A stretch of DNA of 64,000 nt, from contig NC_042999.1 of the NCBI RefSeq assembly GCF_006345805.1, positions 92,504,001 to 92,568,000 of the forward strand. Direction: 5' to 3'. Both the position numbers and the translations under genes were made by a program. Of this stretch, positions 52,028 through 64,000 are shown in pieces (position 1 is the stretch's first letter; each line of letters begins with the position of its first letter). The stretch comes from Octopus sinensis. Its lineage: Eukaryota. The notes beneath the pieces were generated by a model. It did no database searches. It was not told where the DNA came from and worked only from the letters and a program-made list of their open reading frames with translations.

Positions 52028-55000
52028 ACTCCCCATTTAAGTTTTTCTTTTTTCTTAGTGAGTGTAGTTTTATTTCTTTTAATAATCATTTTATCATCAC
52101 CCCCACGTCTATTTTTTTTCATACAGTTACACATTTATTACATTTTTGTTTGGCATCCACTTCCAAGAACTCCGTACATTTTCTTTTTCTTATGCTTGTG
52201 CGTCTGGGTTCAATTATTCGTAGTGGCGTTATTACTTGAATAGTATCATATAAACATTCCATTGGTTCTTCCATTCTGTTGCGTTCGCTCTCAACGAATC
52301 TTTGTTTTGTTGGTTCAAATGTCTTCTGTATACCTCTTTTCTTCCTTTTACCAAATATAGTATATTTCCTATGCGTTTGGTAATCACGCCATCTTTCCAA
52401 CTTTGATTTCCATTCTTATGTGCCTTAACAAATACCTTTTCACCAATTTTGTAATATCTTGTATTTTCCATTGCAATTTTTCTTTTCTTGCTAGGCAACA
52501 ATTTGTGGAAGACTGATTTTATTATCCTCGCAAACATCAGCTCTGCTGGTAACATACCTGCTGGTGTATTTGGATTTAGTTTCACACGGTATACTCTTAA
52601 ACTACCTCATCCGTGACTTCCTTACCCGATCTTCTTAGGGCTCTCTTGAACGTATCGACAAAGCGTTCTGCTTGTTTGTTAGATCTGGTATGCCGCCGTA
52701 GTCACATGTTCTGCAGCAAATGTTTCACAAAACATTTTAAATTCAAAAGACATAAATATCCTTCCATTATCAGAAATTATCGCCCCTGGGAGGCCAAATC
52801 TCACAAACAACTCATGTAGAAATATTGTTGCAGTTGAGGTTGGCTTTTTATACCTACAAATTTCTGGCCATTTAGAGTAACTACCCACTATCACTAAGTA
52901 GTATGAACCGTTTAGAGGACCAGCGAAATCGATGTCAAGTCTCGACCACGGAACATCTACTTTTGGCCAAAGTTCACTTTTAATCGTCAGTAATTCTGCA
53001 GCTAGAGCACATCCTCTAAATTCTGCTGCTAGAGCACATCCTCTAAAGTCTTTCAATAAATTTTCGATTCCTATATTATTTTTGGCCAGTACACGTAGCT
53101 AAGCATTAAAAATTTCATTCTCGAAATGCCAGGATGTCCAACATCTCAACATTTTCTTTTGCAATATTTCAGGTATTTACTACTCTCTGTGCATACATCA
53201 ATACACCATCATAAATTGTGTATGGATTCACGTCTTGGTTTCATTTCGCACCAGTCCTGTTCCTATTTACTTTTCCTGACCACAGAATTCTTTTCGTTTC
53301 TGCTATGAATTCATCCTTTACCATATTTCCTCTTATGTCTTCTAGGCTAACCGGTAATTCGCGTACCACATTCCACATTACATTTTATATTTCTCCTTCT
53401 GATCTTAATGCTGCGATTATCGTGTCTTCGAATAGCTCTCAGGTTTTCGGTGTCAGTAGACTGTAGGTGCAGTCCAGTCTGAGTGGTCCGTCTTCTTGAT
53501 TATTCTTAGGCTTTCAAGTCTTTCAAGTTCCTTATTTTCCGGTTCTACCGCTGCGAACAGTACATTCTGTTTTGGTTTAAATACAGGCGTTGCACTTTGT
53601 TTGACTTTAATTTTTGCTTTCGTTTTCGTACAATAGCCTAGTTCCTCCAAGACATCTTTGAAATAAATGTTTTATTTTTCGTTTCAGTCCCTGAGCCGCA
53701 TTCGAACCTTCGACTGAACCGACTATATTCCCACATAAAACACTTATGGGCGTATTCCACAATTTGAACAGTTCCATCCACTCTGTACCGAATACATTCA
53801 CTGAATTTTTAACACATACTTTTACTGTTTTCAATTGTTCATGACATTTCACATTACACCCAAATTCGCTGACAAAATACAATCTTTCACCCGTAACACC
53901 AAGTGCTACTTCTGTAGGTTTACTGATTTTTGGCTTATCGATATGCTTCCAAGTTTCTTCATTTGCAATGGTAATATCACTTCTAGTGTCTAACTGCATT
54001 TTTACTCTTATATTTTCAAGTTTCACATTTACAAATTTCTTCTTTGTTATATTACCATTTTCTTTCGACAACATCTTGTTTATTCTTTTTTCTTTGTTCC
54101 AACGTTTTGTCATCTTGGTTTTACGGTGCACTGTTGCGTGTGCAATTTTTCCAGAACGGAAACATTTCACTTTCTTAAATGGGCAGTTTTTTCTTAGGTG
54201 TAGATCTCCACATGCTGAACATGGGTTTATTTCCTGATTTTTATCCTGTTTGCATTGTATTTTAGTACACACTTGCTTTCTATTCTGCTTCTTTTGCATT
54301 TTCTAACGCACTTGTTTCATTGGGAGCAATTTTTATGTTCAATTTTCTGTGTCGTGTCTTGAATTTACTATTCTTTCACACTCTTCTGACACTTGTAAGA
54401 TTACAGCTTGGTTTTGTTCCAGCTTAGCGAAAATCCTCGTCCTTACTTCTGTGTCATTTTCTGCAGTTAGTCCCTGAACTATCTGGCGTTAATTCGACCA
54501 GTTTGAAGTTTTTATAATCTCTGTTAACTCTACTAGCATATGTGATGTTCTTTCTCGCTTCAAATATTTCTAGTGTGTATTGAAAAACGATCTTTTGTCG
54601 CTAAATAAATTACACAGTATGCCTATTGTATTTTTAAAATTTATGTCAGAAGGTTTTTCGGGAGTACGTAATTACTGTAACGCTCATGTTCTTCTGCTGC
54701 CAATTTCCTTGGAATTAAGTCGATTTTCATATCGTCGTCCCAATCTTTGCACTTTTTAATGAAGATGTTAGCATCTTCTACAGAGCGCGTCGAAGGTAAC
54801 TCCTTCGTTTGGTTCATACTTAAATTCTCTGATCAAGTTTGCAACATAATCTGGCGAGAAAAGCTTTCCAGCATTTTTTGACGTCTTCATTAATAGCAGC
54901 ATTTGTTGCTGTAATAGTAATTGTTGTTGTTGTTGCTTCTGCTGTTGATCTTACAGTTGTAGCTGCTGCTGTTATTGTTCTTTCAGTTGTTTTGTTGCTG

Positions 55001-55147
55001 TTTTTGCACCTCGAGAAAACCGGCCAACAATTTTTCCATAATTTTACGATTTTGTATTCCGTAAAATTCGCAGAAAAATTTTGTGAGTTTCGTAACTTCT
55101 TGAGAGCTTGTTAATTCTTCGTGAGTTTGTTAATTCCTCGCCGCCAC

Positions 55148-55334
55148 TGTTGAAATCCTCTGTCGGACTGTTATCACGCCCACTCTGGTGTAGCAGTTTA
55201 GACAAATAAGACCATGATTATCTATGACCGTCTACTTCGTACACTCTACTTATACTGACACTGACTGACAGTGACCTCACATACCACTCGTCAGGTGGGA
55301 GGGATGTACCATTATTACTATTATTCTCATAACA
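55148..55334 (-). repeat. 5' LTR of the Gypsy element (187 bp)
   Basis: Homologous to 51830-52027; followed on minus by G and then the PBS. Confidence 0.9.
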
Positions 55335-55387
55335 GATGCATACATACACATATATATATTTATATATATATATATGTATATATATGC

Positions 55388-55452
<65 letters not shown>

Positions 55453-55467
55453 TACACATATATATAT

Positions 55468-55580
55468 GTTGTGGTGGTGGTTCTCCGTCCTTGGACGATG
55501 AGGATTCAGGGCCCTTAACGTTATTCTCAAGCAGTGCCAGCCTGAAACAGTCTGTGACACAGATGTGCGTCTGAGTCATG
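55468..55580 (-). mobile_element. Probable RTE-type LINE 3' tail stub
   Basis: Minus strand ends CCTCATCGTCCAAGGACGGAGAACCACCACCACAAC, resembling RTE 3' termini with a short-repeat tail. Confidence 0.35.
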
Positions 55581-55761
55581 GGTACAATCTAGCGAGAGAG
55601 CGTCTATACAATCTCCGTGTATCTAATCTCACTCACTTGGAATGTGTCACCTCAATCTATAGAAAATGACACAGACACTAACCAATATGCCAAGGAAAGG
55701 AATAGTATTCGAAACTTCGTGGTTGCGAGGGAAAAGTCTTAACGATTCAACCATATTATCA

Positions 55762-55830
<69 letters not shown>

Positions 55831-55836
<6 letters not shown>

Positions 55837-56630
55837 TAGATATGTTTCGACCATAGGTTGGTCCAGGCCATGTGTAACTTAATAGCACCACCTGATAGGA
55901 TTATCTAAATCGTGTTTTAATCAAGTTTTGTTTATGGTCCATTCAAGTAGTGAGTTCTAGCTGAGTGAGTTGTATCTAGCTATGGGTGGCTTATCCGGTA
56001 TTCCCTGAAGAAATCTATCCAGAGTCCGTTTAAAGGTGATGGGATCCTCTTCCTATTTGATCTCTTTTCGGACAATGTTTAACAGGGCCGGGCCTGTTGA
56101 GGAAAAGAAATTATGTCGCAGTGTACCTATATGTCGTGATCCTGAATTGGGCAGGAGACGTATGGCCCGTGGTCCCAGCCTTGGATGAGCCTTGAAACTA
56201 ATGTTCAGGTCGTTTGGGTAATGCTGGCGGTATATTCTCCACATCGTACAAATAATGTACCACTTGCGGCGGCGCTGGAGAGACTAGTTTCAAAGCTTTA
56301 AGGCGGTCCCAATAATCGAGATCAGTCATGCCTTCAATTCGTTTAGTCAGTGCCCTCTGGGGTGATTCAATCCTCGAGATATTTTGTTTTGTATGGGGAG
56401 ACCACAAAGGGCAGCAGTGTTCGAGGTGTGGCCGTACAAAGGAGGAGAAAAGTGGAAAGATGACACCTTGTTATCTGGACCGGAAGTTTCCTAAGATTCA
56501 GGAGCTCATCCTATGAGTTTTATCGACCTTATTGTTGATGTGGGTACTCCAACTGAGATTGTTATCTACAATTACACCGAGGTGCCTGATATTGTTAGAT
56601 GTTGTGAGCGGTTCTACTGAAAGAAGAGAG
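55831..56630 (-). mobile_element. 5'-truncated CR1/L2-group LINE with intact 3' terminus
   Basis: IRHLGVIVDNNLSWSTHINNKVDK, WSPHTKQNISRIESPQRALTKRIEGMTDLDYWDRLKALKL, FSSTGPALLN and FKRTLDRFLQGIPDKP; the 3' tail hairpin runs into (TA)n. Confidence 0.9.
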
Positions 56631-56649
56631 TATATATATATATATATAA

Positions 56650-56681
<32 letters not shown>

Positions 56682-56704
56682 ATATATATATATATGTATG
56701 TATA

Positions 56705-56749
<45 letters not shown>

Positions 56750-57462
56750 TATATATATATGTATATGTATTTGCATGTGTGTATTTATATATGCATGAAC
56801 ATACACACTTATACACACACATATATAAATGTTAAGAATTATATTATCTCCAAATATTTCCTGAGAAAGGAATCATGATCCTAAATTGTTAAGATACCAG
56901 AGAAGACTAACAACCTTTTATTTTGATAAAAAAATAAGTATTAACACACACACACACACACATGCGAACACACACTCGCATACACGCATATACATATACT
57001 TATGTATGTGTGTGTATGTGTGTATGTATGTTTATATGTATGTATGTATTGCACACTAAGAGTATTAAAACGTCCCAAATAAATTCGACGTAGTTACCAT
57101 ACATTTTATATACATATTATTCTCGTTGCACACCCAAGCATAAAAGAGATTACCCAGACAAGTTCAACGGTTATTTGACCAGTTTTCAATGGATAAATAC
57201 CTTCATTCCCCTATCAAGATATTTGAGTAGATAATGCGACTTACATACATCAAACAGAGATTTGGGAGTAGCTGAAACGGCGAGGCTAATTTGCAAATCG
57301 TGCATTTGTCGTGCACATGTGTTCGATTTGCACAGCATGTGCATGAAGGAAAAGCAACACGTATTTACATTTCTTTATTTCTGCAGCGTAGACATTTCTA
57401 TCTCATACACACAGGCACACATACACATATACACGCATATGCGCATGTACGTATGTATGTAC

Positions 57463-57531
<69 letters not shown>

Positions 57532-57752
57532 TATATATATGTATACATATATAATACATGCATGTATGCACATATACATATATATATATATTTAAATTTT
57601 CATCTGTTTTTGTATGTATGGGCGTTGATATGTATGCGTATACACACACACGGACCCATATATATATACATACATACATATGCGCGTATGTGTGTTTGTG
57701 TATTTGTGTATATATGTGTATATATACATGTACATTTATATGTATATATATG

Positions 57753-57831
<79 letters not shown>

Positions 57832-58374
57832 CGTGTGTCTATAATTTCATACATACATATACACATGAGTCAATGAATGTGTGTGTGTATGTGTGCGGCG
57901 CGTGTATTTTGTGTGTGTGTATATGTATGTGTGTGTGTGCATGTGTGTGTATGTTTATGTACATGAATATATTTAGCCACACGCACACATACATCCAAAC
58001 AAAGGTTTTCTGAAATAAAAATGTCTATTCTAACTTTGGTAAAACAGCGTAACTACAGTACTTCGCCGTCTGACACATCAAAGATTGCCAGAAAACCGTA
58101 AATAATTCTTCTGTTAAAAGATATTTTCGCAGTTGGTTAGATATTTAAATTAAATCAAGGGATACACAAAAATGCCACAGCATATTTTGGGTTATTCACT
58201 ACTTAATAAACAGTTTGCTTCACTTAGTTTAACCATTTCATTTATCCAATATTTCTTCATCGCAGTCAATCCCCACATTGCGGAGGTTTGTTTTAGTTCC
58301 TTTTATTGTCGTTGTTGTTCTTACTGGTATGGCCACAGCTGAAGTCTTGTTGTAGTTGTCGTCGTTCTTCTCAC

Positions 58375-58443
58375 GTCATCATCACCATCCTTATCATCCA
58401 CATCATCATGCCCACATCTTCATCATCACTGTCGTCATCGCCG

Positions 58444-58474
<31 letters not shown>

Positions 58475-58610
58475 AGTCATCATCATCATCACCACCATCA
58501 TCATAGTCATCATCATAGTCATCATCATCATCATACTCCGTCACCGCCGCCGTCACCACCACCACCACCACCACCACCACCACCACCACCACCACCACTA
58601 CCACCATCCA
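58375..58610. repeat. (CAT)n/(CAC)n trinucleotide low-complexity tract
   Basis: Direct reading. Confidence 0.9.
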
Positions 58611-59827
58611 CCATTCTCGCTATCATGATCAGCCTTCGTATCATGACCATTTCATTTCAAGCGTCAGTACCTGTGCCAAAAATGGCGGATCTAACCTCTA
58701 CGCGGTCGATCGATTTGTAAAACATAGCTGCCAAACTTCCCTCATATCGACACACTAGCCTGTGAAATATAGACAGTATTGCCTTTGATCATAGGTTTCT
58801 GCATTCAGTATTGACTTGGGGCTAAACATCAAGAAATCACAACTAACACAGTAATCATCATCTTCCTCCTCCTTCTTGCCGTCATCACCATCGTCGTCCT
58901 TCTCCTCCCACTCCTTCCCTTTGATGTTATCGCCGACTTCGAGAACAGTATATTATCTCCAGTTACTGATATATTTGCGCTGTTACGAAGTTCTCTTTAC
59001 AATCTTGGGGTTTAGGATCCGATCTTACTGCATAGCATCTTGATCAATTGTCTTGCAATAGCTTGAAATATTTCTACGTTTTCATGCACTCTTGTTGCTG
59101 GAAACTCTCCAGAAAAGAGCAAAATAGACTGATTCGTATACTCCCAATATAATCGGTTGGAGTTACAGTGAAAATTTGTAAAACATCCCAGATATTTCCC
59201 AGTCGGGATTCTTGGGTGAACATATGCCCACATATAGATATAGAATACGCACATGCATACACATAGAGTAATGAAGTACGCACACATACAGACACGCACA
59301 CACACACATGCACACACACACACACATGACATATACAAACACATACACACACACGACACAGTATGTACGAATGTATTTCGCAAAATCACTACACGACTGT
59401 AAATCTATCCACATGCCTCCACACGTATGTATACACAAATGAATTTAGATAACCGCATAAGATGTCTAGACTTAAGTAAAAACAGCTTTCTCACATTGTT
59501 TGTGCGTAACAGACGTGGATTCTGTAAAGGAAAAATTAAGTTAGTAAAATCCGAAGAAATGACATTCATGTATATATAGGCAAACACGATACACGAAAAT
59601 TCTGAATGTTTACGATTTCAAAAATAAAACACATGTGTGTGAAAGTGTGTGTATGTGTATGTGCGTGTGTATCCGTGCGTATCCATATAAGTATATCATA
59701 TTTACAGATAAATTCCTCTATTTACATAATATCGAGGTCTCTTTCATTCTTTTGTTGTCTTACCATTTCTATCAATACATATATATATATACAAATATAT
59801 ACATATATATACATACATGCATATACA

Positions 59828-59918
<91 letters not shown>

Positions 59919-60156
59919 CATAGTTCGAATTTACAGAAAACAGAAGACAAAGAGAGGTGAAAGAACAACAAGCAGATGTATTACTTTGACGATCCGGAAG
60001 AATGGGAAAGTCTTTGAAGTTTCGACCCTACGCTCACCGACTAAAAGTATTGAGAAGAAAAAAAAGAAGAAATGGTGAGAGAACGTAAAAAAAGAAAAAT
60101 GTGTAAGGATTAACAGTTTAACGTGATACACACATGCACATACATACACACACACG

Positions 60157-60227
<71 letters not shown>

Positions 60228-60228
60228 T

Positions 60229-60642
60229 AGGCGCACGAGTGGCAGTGTGTGGTAAGTAGCTTGCTTACCAACCACATGGTCCCGGGTTCAGTCCCACTGC
60301 GTGGCACCTTGGGCAAGTGTCTTCTGCTATAGCCTCGGGCCGACCAAAGCCTTGTGAGTGGATTTGGTAGACGGAAACTGAAAGAAGCCCGTCGTATATA
60401 TGTATATATATATGCGTGTGTGTGTTTGTGTGTCTGTGTCTGACCCCTAGCATTGCATGACAACCGATGCTGGTGTGTTTATGTCCCCGTTACCTAGCGG
60501 TTCGGCAAAAGAGACCGATAGAATAAGTACTGGGCTTACAAAAGAATAAGTCCCGGGGTCGAGTTGCTCGATTAAAGGCGGTGCTCCAGCACGGCCGCAG
60601 TCAAATGACTGAAACAAGTAAAAGAGTAAAAGAGTAAAGAGT
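60229..60642 (+). mobile_element. Full-length tRNA-derived SINE family 1 (CORE-like centre)
   Basis: A box TGGCAGTGTGG, B box GGTTCAGTCCC, GGCACCTTGGGCAAGTGTCTT core-like block, internal (TA)/(GT) tract, tail GGCGGTGCTCCAGCACGGCCGCAGTCAAATGACTGAAAC-(AAGAGTA)n. Confidence 0.92.
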
Positions 60643-61829
60643 ATATATATATATAGAAAACTGAGAATGTCTGTCTGTCTGTCTGTCTGTCTGTGTGTTT
60701 CCCTAAAACTTGAGAACTACACAACCAATTTCACTCAAATTTTACACAGACCTTACTTAGGGTCCGGGGAATGTCACCGGCAAAAAGTTTTATAACTTTT
60801 TGCCTAGGGCGAGCCCACAACAATATCATATCTTCTCCAATACGATTCCCTAAAACTTGTGAACTACATAACCAATTTCATTCAAATTTTACACATGCCT
60901 TACTTAGGGTCCATGTAGTTTCATGGGCAAAAAAAATGTTCAACTTCTTGCCTAGAGCGAGCCCATAGCAATATCATATCTTTCCCACTATTTCAGTATT
61001 ACGTGTTAAAAGTGAAACAAGAACGTTTCTCTATTTTATGTCAGATACCTTCACTTTAACAATAAAAATAATAATAACAATTGAATTATATGTAGTAAGT
61101 AATAATTAAAATCAAACTAAAGTATAATATAATCGTAACATAACAAAAGTAAAAATAGCAATTGGTATAAAATTGTATCACTGACTTGAACTTGAATAAG
61201 TGGCTTCACATGAATGGGAATAAATTAAAAATAAAATTAGCGTGCAGAAATGGAATAGTCCAGATGGATAATAAAAAATTAAATTAAAGAAAAGACTATT
61301 GTCTATAAAGTATACAATGTAGAGAAAAAAGAAGATTTGAACACCTGAAGGAAAGCACCTTCGAAAAGTGTCTTGGTGCGACTATGAAAGATATCTAACC
61401 AGAGGCGGTAAATTCGCCACATTAGAAGCAAGGTTCGAGTCAACGGAGCGTGCAATGGAGTACTCGACTCGAACTTGCAAAGTGGAAATATTTTATTTTT
61501 ACCTTTATATCTGGGACGTAGGATGTGCCGGATAAAAATTTAAAATGTCATCCCCCCAGTAGTAGAGGTAGGCTGGATTGTAGCCACACTTCTATACAAG
61601 AGAGAGGGCAAGATACAATTGATCAAAATTGCAAGAGACGGGCTTACAATTCCAGTTTGTTATATATTTTGAGTTTTGTTATCACTAGCGATATCAAGAT
61701 ATAACTTTGTATTTTGTATTTTATGTGTAGATGTATATAAATAGATTTACATGTAATATATTCATAAATATAAACACATATATACATGCACTAGCACTAT
61801 GACTCGGCAACGACGGGTCATAATGCTAG
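60643..61829 (+). mobile_element. Non-autonomous Helitron (copy D)
   Basis: 5' TATATAGAAAACTGAGAATG(TCTG)n; internal duplication of about 147 bp (60699-60835 and 60846-60982); 3' hairpin ATGACTCGGCAACGACGGGTCAT at 61799-61821, then TGCTAG|T. Confidence 0.75.
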
Positions 61830-61840
61830 TAAAGATTAAG

Positions 61841-61890
<50 letters not shown>

Positions 61891-61914
61891 ATATATTATA
61901 TATATATATATTAA

Positions 61915-62593
61915 TCTTTTTATTGTTTCAGTCATTATGCTCTTTTCTACTCTAGGCAGAAGGCCAGAAATTTCTGGGAAGGGGCTAGTCAATTAGATCG
62001 ACCCCAGTACGCAATTGGTACTTAATTTATCGACCCCGAAAGGATTAAAGACGAAGTCGACCTCGGCGCGATTTGAAATCAGAACGTAAAGACAGACGAA
62101 ATACCGCTACGCATTTCGCCCGGCGTGCTAACGTTTCTGCCAGTGCACCCAGTCCGTAGACTGCAGTCATCCTGGGGCACTGTGATGAAGTATTTTTATC
62201 CGGACGAATTGACCCTAGTATTTGTTTTATTTTTTTAAGTCTGGGATATATCCTATCCAACTCTTTTGCCGAACCACTTACCTTACGGCGACATAAACAC
62301 TCCAACGCCTTTGGCCAAGGGGTGGTGGGGACAGACACAGACACAGACACAAAGGCACGCGCATGCGCGCACAAAAACACAGGCGCACAGAAACATACAC
62401 ATATACACAGACATGCACACATAAACACACACACACAAAGACACACACATATACATACGACGGGTTTCTTTCTGCTCACATCGACCATATCCTCTCACAA
62501 AGCTGTGATCAGCCCGAAACTATAGCCCTGGCACAGAGCGTAGAACCATTTGGCTTGGCAGGAAACTTGTCATTGGCCTACACCTGCACCTAT
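61915..62593 (-). mobile_element. Diverged SINE family 1 copy split by a family 2 insertion
   Basis: Tail piece CTTTT.ATTGTTTCAGTCATT at 61915-61936 resumes as GACTGCAGTCATCCTGG at 62159; head ends at CACCTGCACCTA. Confidence 0.75.
61937..62158 (-). mobile_element. SINE family 2 nested in a family 1 copy
   Basis: Reverse complement aligns to 19843-20058. Confidence 0.85.
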
Positions 62594-63164
62594 TGATAAC
62601 GGCCAACGTGACTGCCGGCACGTAAATCGGAAAGCAACTATGGCAGCGAAGACGAAGGCGCTCACGTGCGGACGAACGAGGTGGTTGCGGCGGCATATCG
62701 AGAAATCACCGGTCGTGTGGAGTGAAGAGGCACATACCAGTGTCGATGAACATGAAACGAAAAGAGCACGACGAGAACTAATCTTCCATTGAGACATCAT
62801 CCGAACTGTAAAAACCCTACACACACACACACCCACCCACACACACACACACACTCACTCACACACACGTGTATATATATATGCGTGTATGTTTGACTCT
62901 ATATATGTATGTGATGTATATATATGTGTGTGTGTGTATTTACATACTTATACATATGCACAGGCTCGTGCATGCGCCAATAAATATACGTGTATACGAA
63001 TGTATGTGTGTGTATACGTATATATGTATTTAGAGAAAGACAGAGAAAGAGAGAGACAAAGAAAGAGAGTGGGAAAGAGAATGATAGAGAGGAAGAGAGA
63101 GATAGAGAGGAAGAGAGAAAGGGACAGAATAAGAGGAAGAGAAACGGAGAGAGAAAGAGATTTG

Positions 63165-63850
63165 TGAGGTTTTAATATCTACTTATTTACTTGTTGAGTA
63201 TTCTGCGTGAGGTTTACACAGGTTTAATAGTTTATGTAGATAAGTCTTTTTTTATTATTTGTAACGAGAATTTCACTGACGGACTTTTATAAAATTAATT
63301 GCTTTGGCCTCCTCCTTCTGTGTCGTTGTCAGTTTTCCTCGCACAGTTCTTGCTGCCTATGCTTCTCTGTGTGCTCAGTAATGAGTCCAGTTAACATTTG
63401 GTATGAAACCTGGAAGATTTCCCATGATTGTTTAGTATTTTTCCTGACATCGTAGGAAGCCCATTGATATTGACATCTTTACTTGTTGACCATCTAATTT
63501 CATTTTCAATAATAAAATCATCCGAACTATTAAGAATAAATATACAAATTTTACGTGTTGTCAATGACTGGCAGAACAGAAAAGCTTCTGTAATCGTACC
63601 ATTAAATTCATAGAGTATGAATGCAAGCAAATTGGCGCAGTTAGAAATATCTGTACTTTCAAATGTTTGTAACTAAAAGTATTCACTCTTGAGTATACTT
63701 TATTGTAACTGATTTTTAACGTTACCATGTGCTGATTTTATGCAGTCTTTGTTGACTTTCTTTCTATTCGTGTAGTAATTGTTCTCTCATATAATAGTTT
63801 CTTATTAATGTTGATGGCGAAGTTTTGTGTGAATATTGTTATATGTGCTT
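63165..63850 (-). mobile_element. hAT (Buster/Charlie-like) transposase relic
   Basis: Minus translation KSEYF*LQTFESTDISNCANLLAFILYEFNGTITEAFLFCQSL...ENEIRW...NGLPTMSGK...NWTHY*AHREA...AINFIK matches the motifs LQLDESTD, FLFC, TDGAP.M.G and THC.LHRE. Confidence 0.85.
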
Positions 63851-63903
63851 TCAGTTGTTTATATTCTCTACGTATTACTACTGTTTATTTGCGTGGCTTT
63901 GTG

Positions 63904-64000
63904 GAGACGAGTGGCTTAGTTGTTAATGCATTCGACTCACGATGGTGAGTTCGATTTCTGGCAGAGGGTTGTGACATTTAACTAAGACACTTTATTTATT
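63904..64000 (+). mobile_element. Head of a tRNA-derived SINE (family 4-like), cut by the window edge
   Basis: TGGCTTAGTTG (A-box-like), GAGTTCGATTTC (B-box-like) and AAGACACTTTATTT. Confidence 0.6.

Larger units (their letters stand above)
51830..55334 (-). mobile_element. Gypsy/Ty3 LTR retrotransposon, internally deleted (RT core and RNase H missing), with both LTRs
   Basis: TG..CA LTRs at 55148-55334 (5') and 51830-52027 (3'); PBS TGGCGGCGAGG at 55136-55146; PPT at 52028-52041; TSD GATGC at 51825-51829 and 55335-55339; gag IREFKYEPNEGVTFD, CSACGDLHLRKNCPF knuckle, protease MQLDTRSDITI, RT start KELERLE...DWTAP, integrase WSRLDIDFAGP...SKWPE. Confidence 0.95.

Noticed and set aside
58356-58628. 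His/Ile-rich ORF resembling a metal-binding protein
   Set aside because: It is entirely (CAT)n/(CAC)n repeat
61342-61378. CCUGAAGG...CCUUCGAAA hairpin resembling a hammerhead
   Set aside because: The core is incomplete; it is a simple hairpin within Helitron D
62572-62576. CCAAT box upstream of the CpG-rich segment
   Set aside because: It falls inside the diverged SINE head
63165-63400. Possible 5'UTR of a host gene after the (AG)n tract
   Set aside because: Explained by the hAT transposase relic on the minus strand

Overview
AT-rich animal genomic DNA saturated with microsatellites and transposable elements. The SINE and LINE complement looks like octopus or another coleoid cephalopod; that is an inference from repeat sequences, not a database result. 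I found no supportable host gene, and almost all ORF-track entries are microsatellite read-throughs. TE content: Penelope-like (PLE) relics and pseudo-LTR (pLTR) remnants; four non-autonomous Helitrons plus a PIF1-helicase relic; R4/Dong-type LINE pieces sitting in (TACA)n; CR1/L2-group, RTE and L1/Tx1-like LINE fragments; an internally deleted Gypsy element with both LTRs and a 5-bp TSD; mariner and hAT relics; and several tRNA-derived SINE families. The best hidden signal is a set of type I hammerhead ribozyme motifs with palindromic stem III. One has a fully canonical core (30150-30209, minus), one is a single core change from canonical (10141-10225), and several are decayed. Hammerhead half-motifs recur in four divergent inverted duplications.
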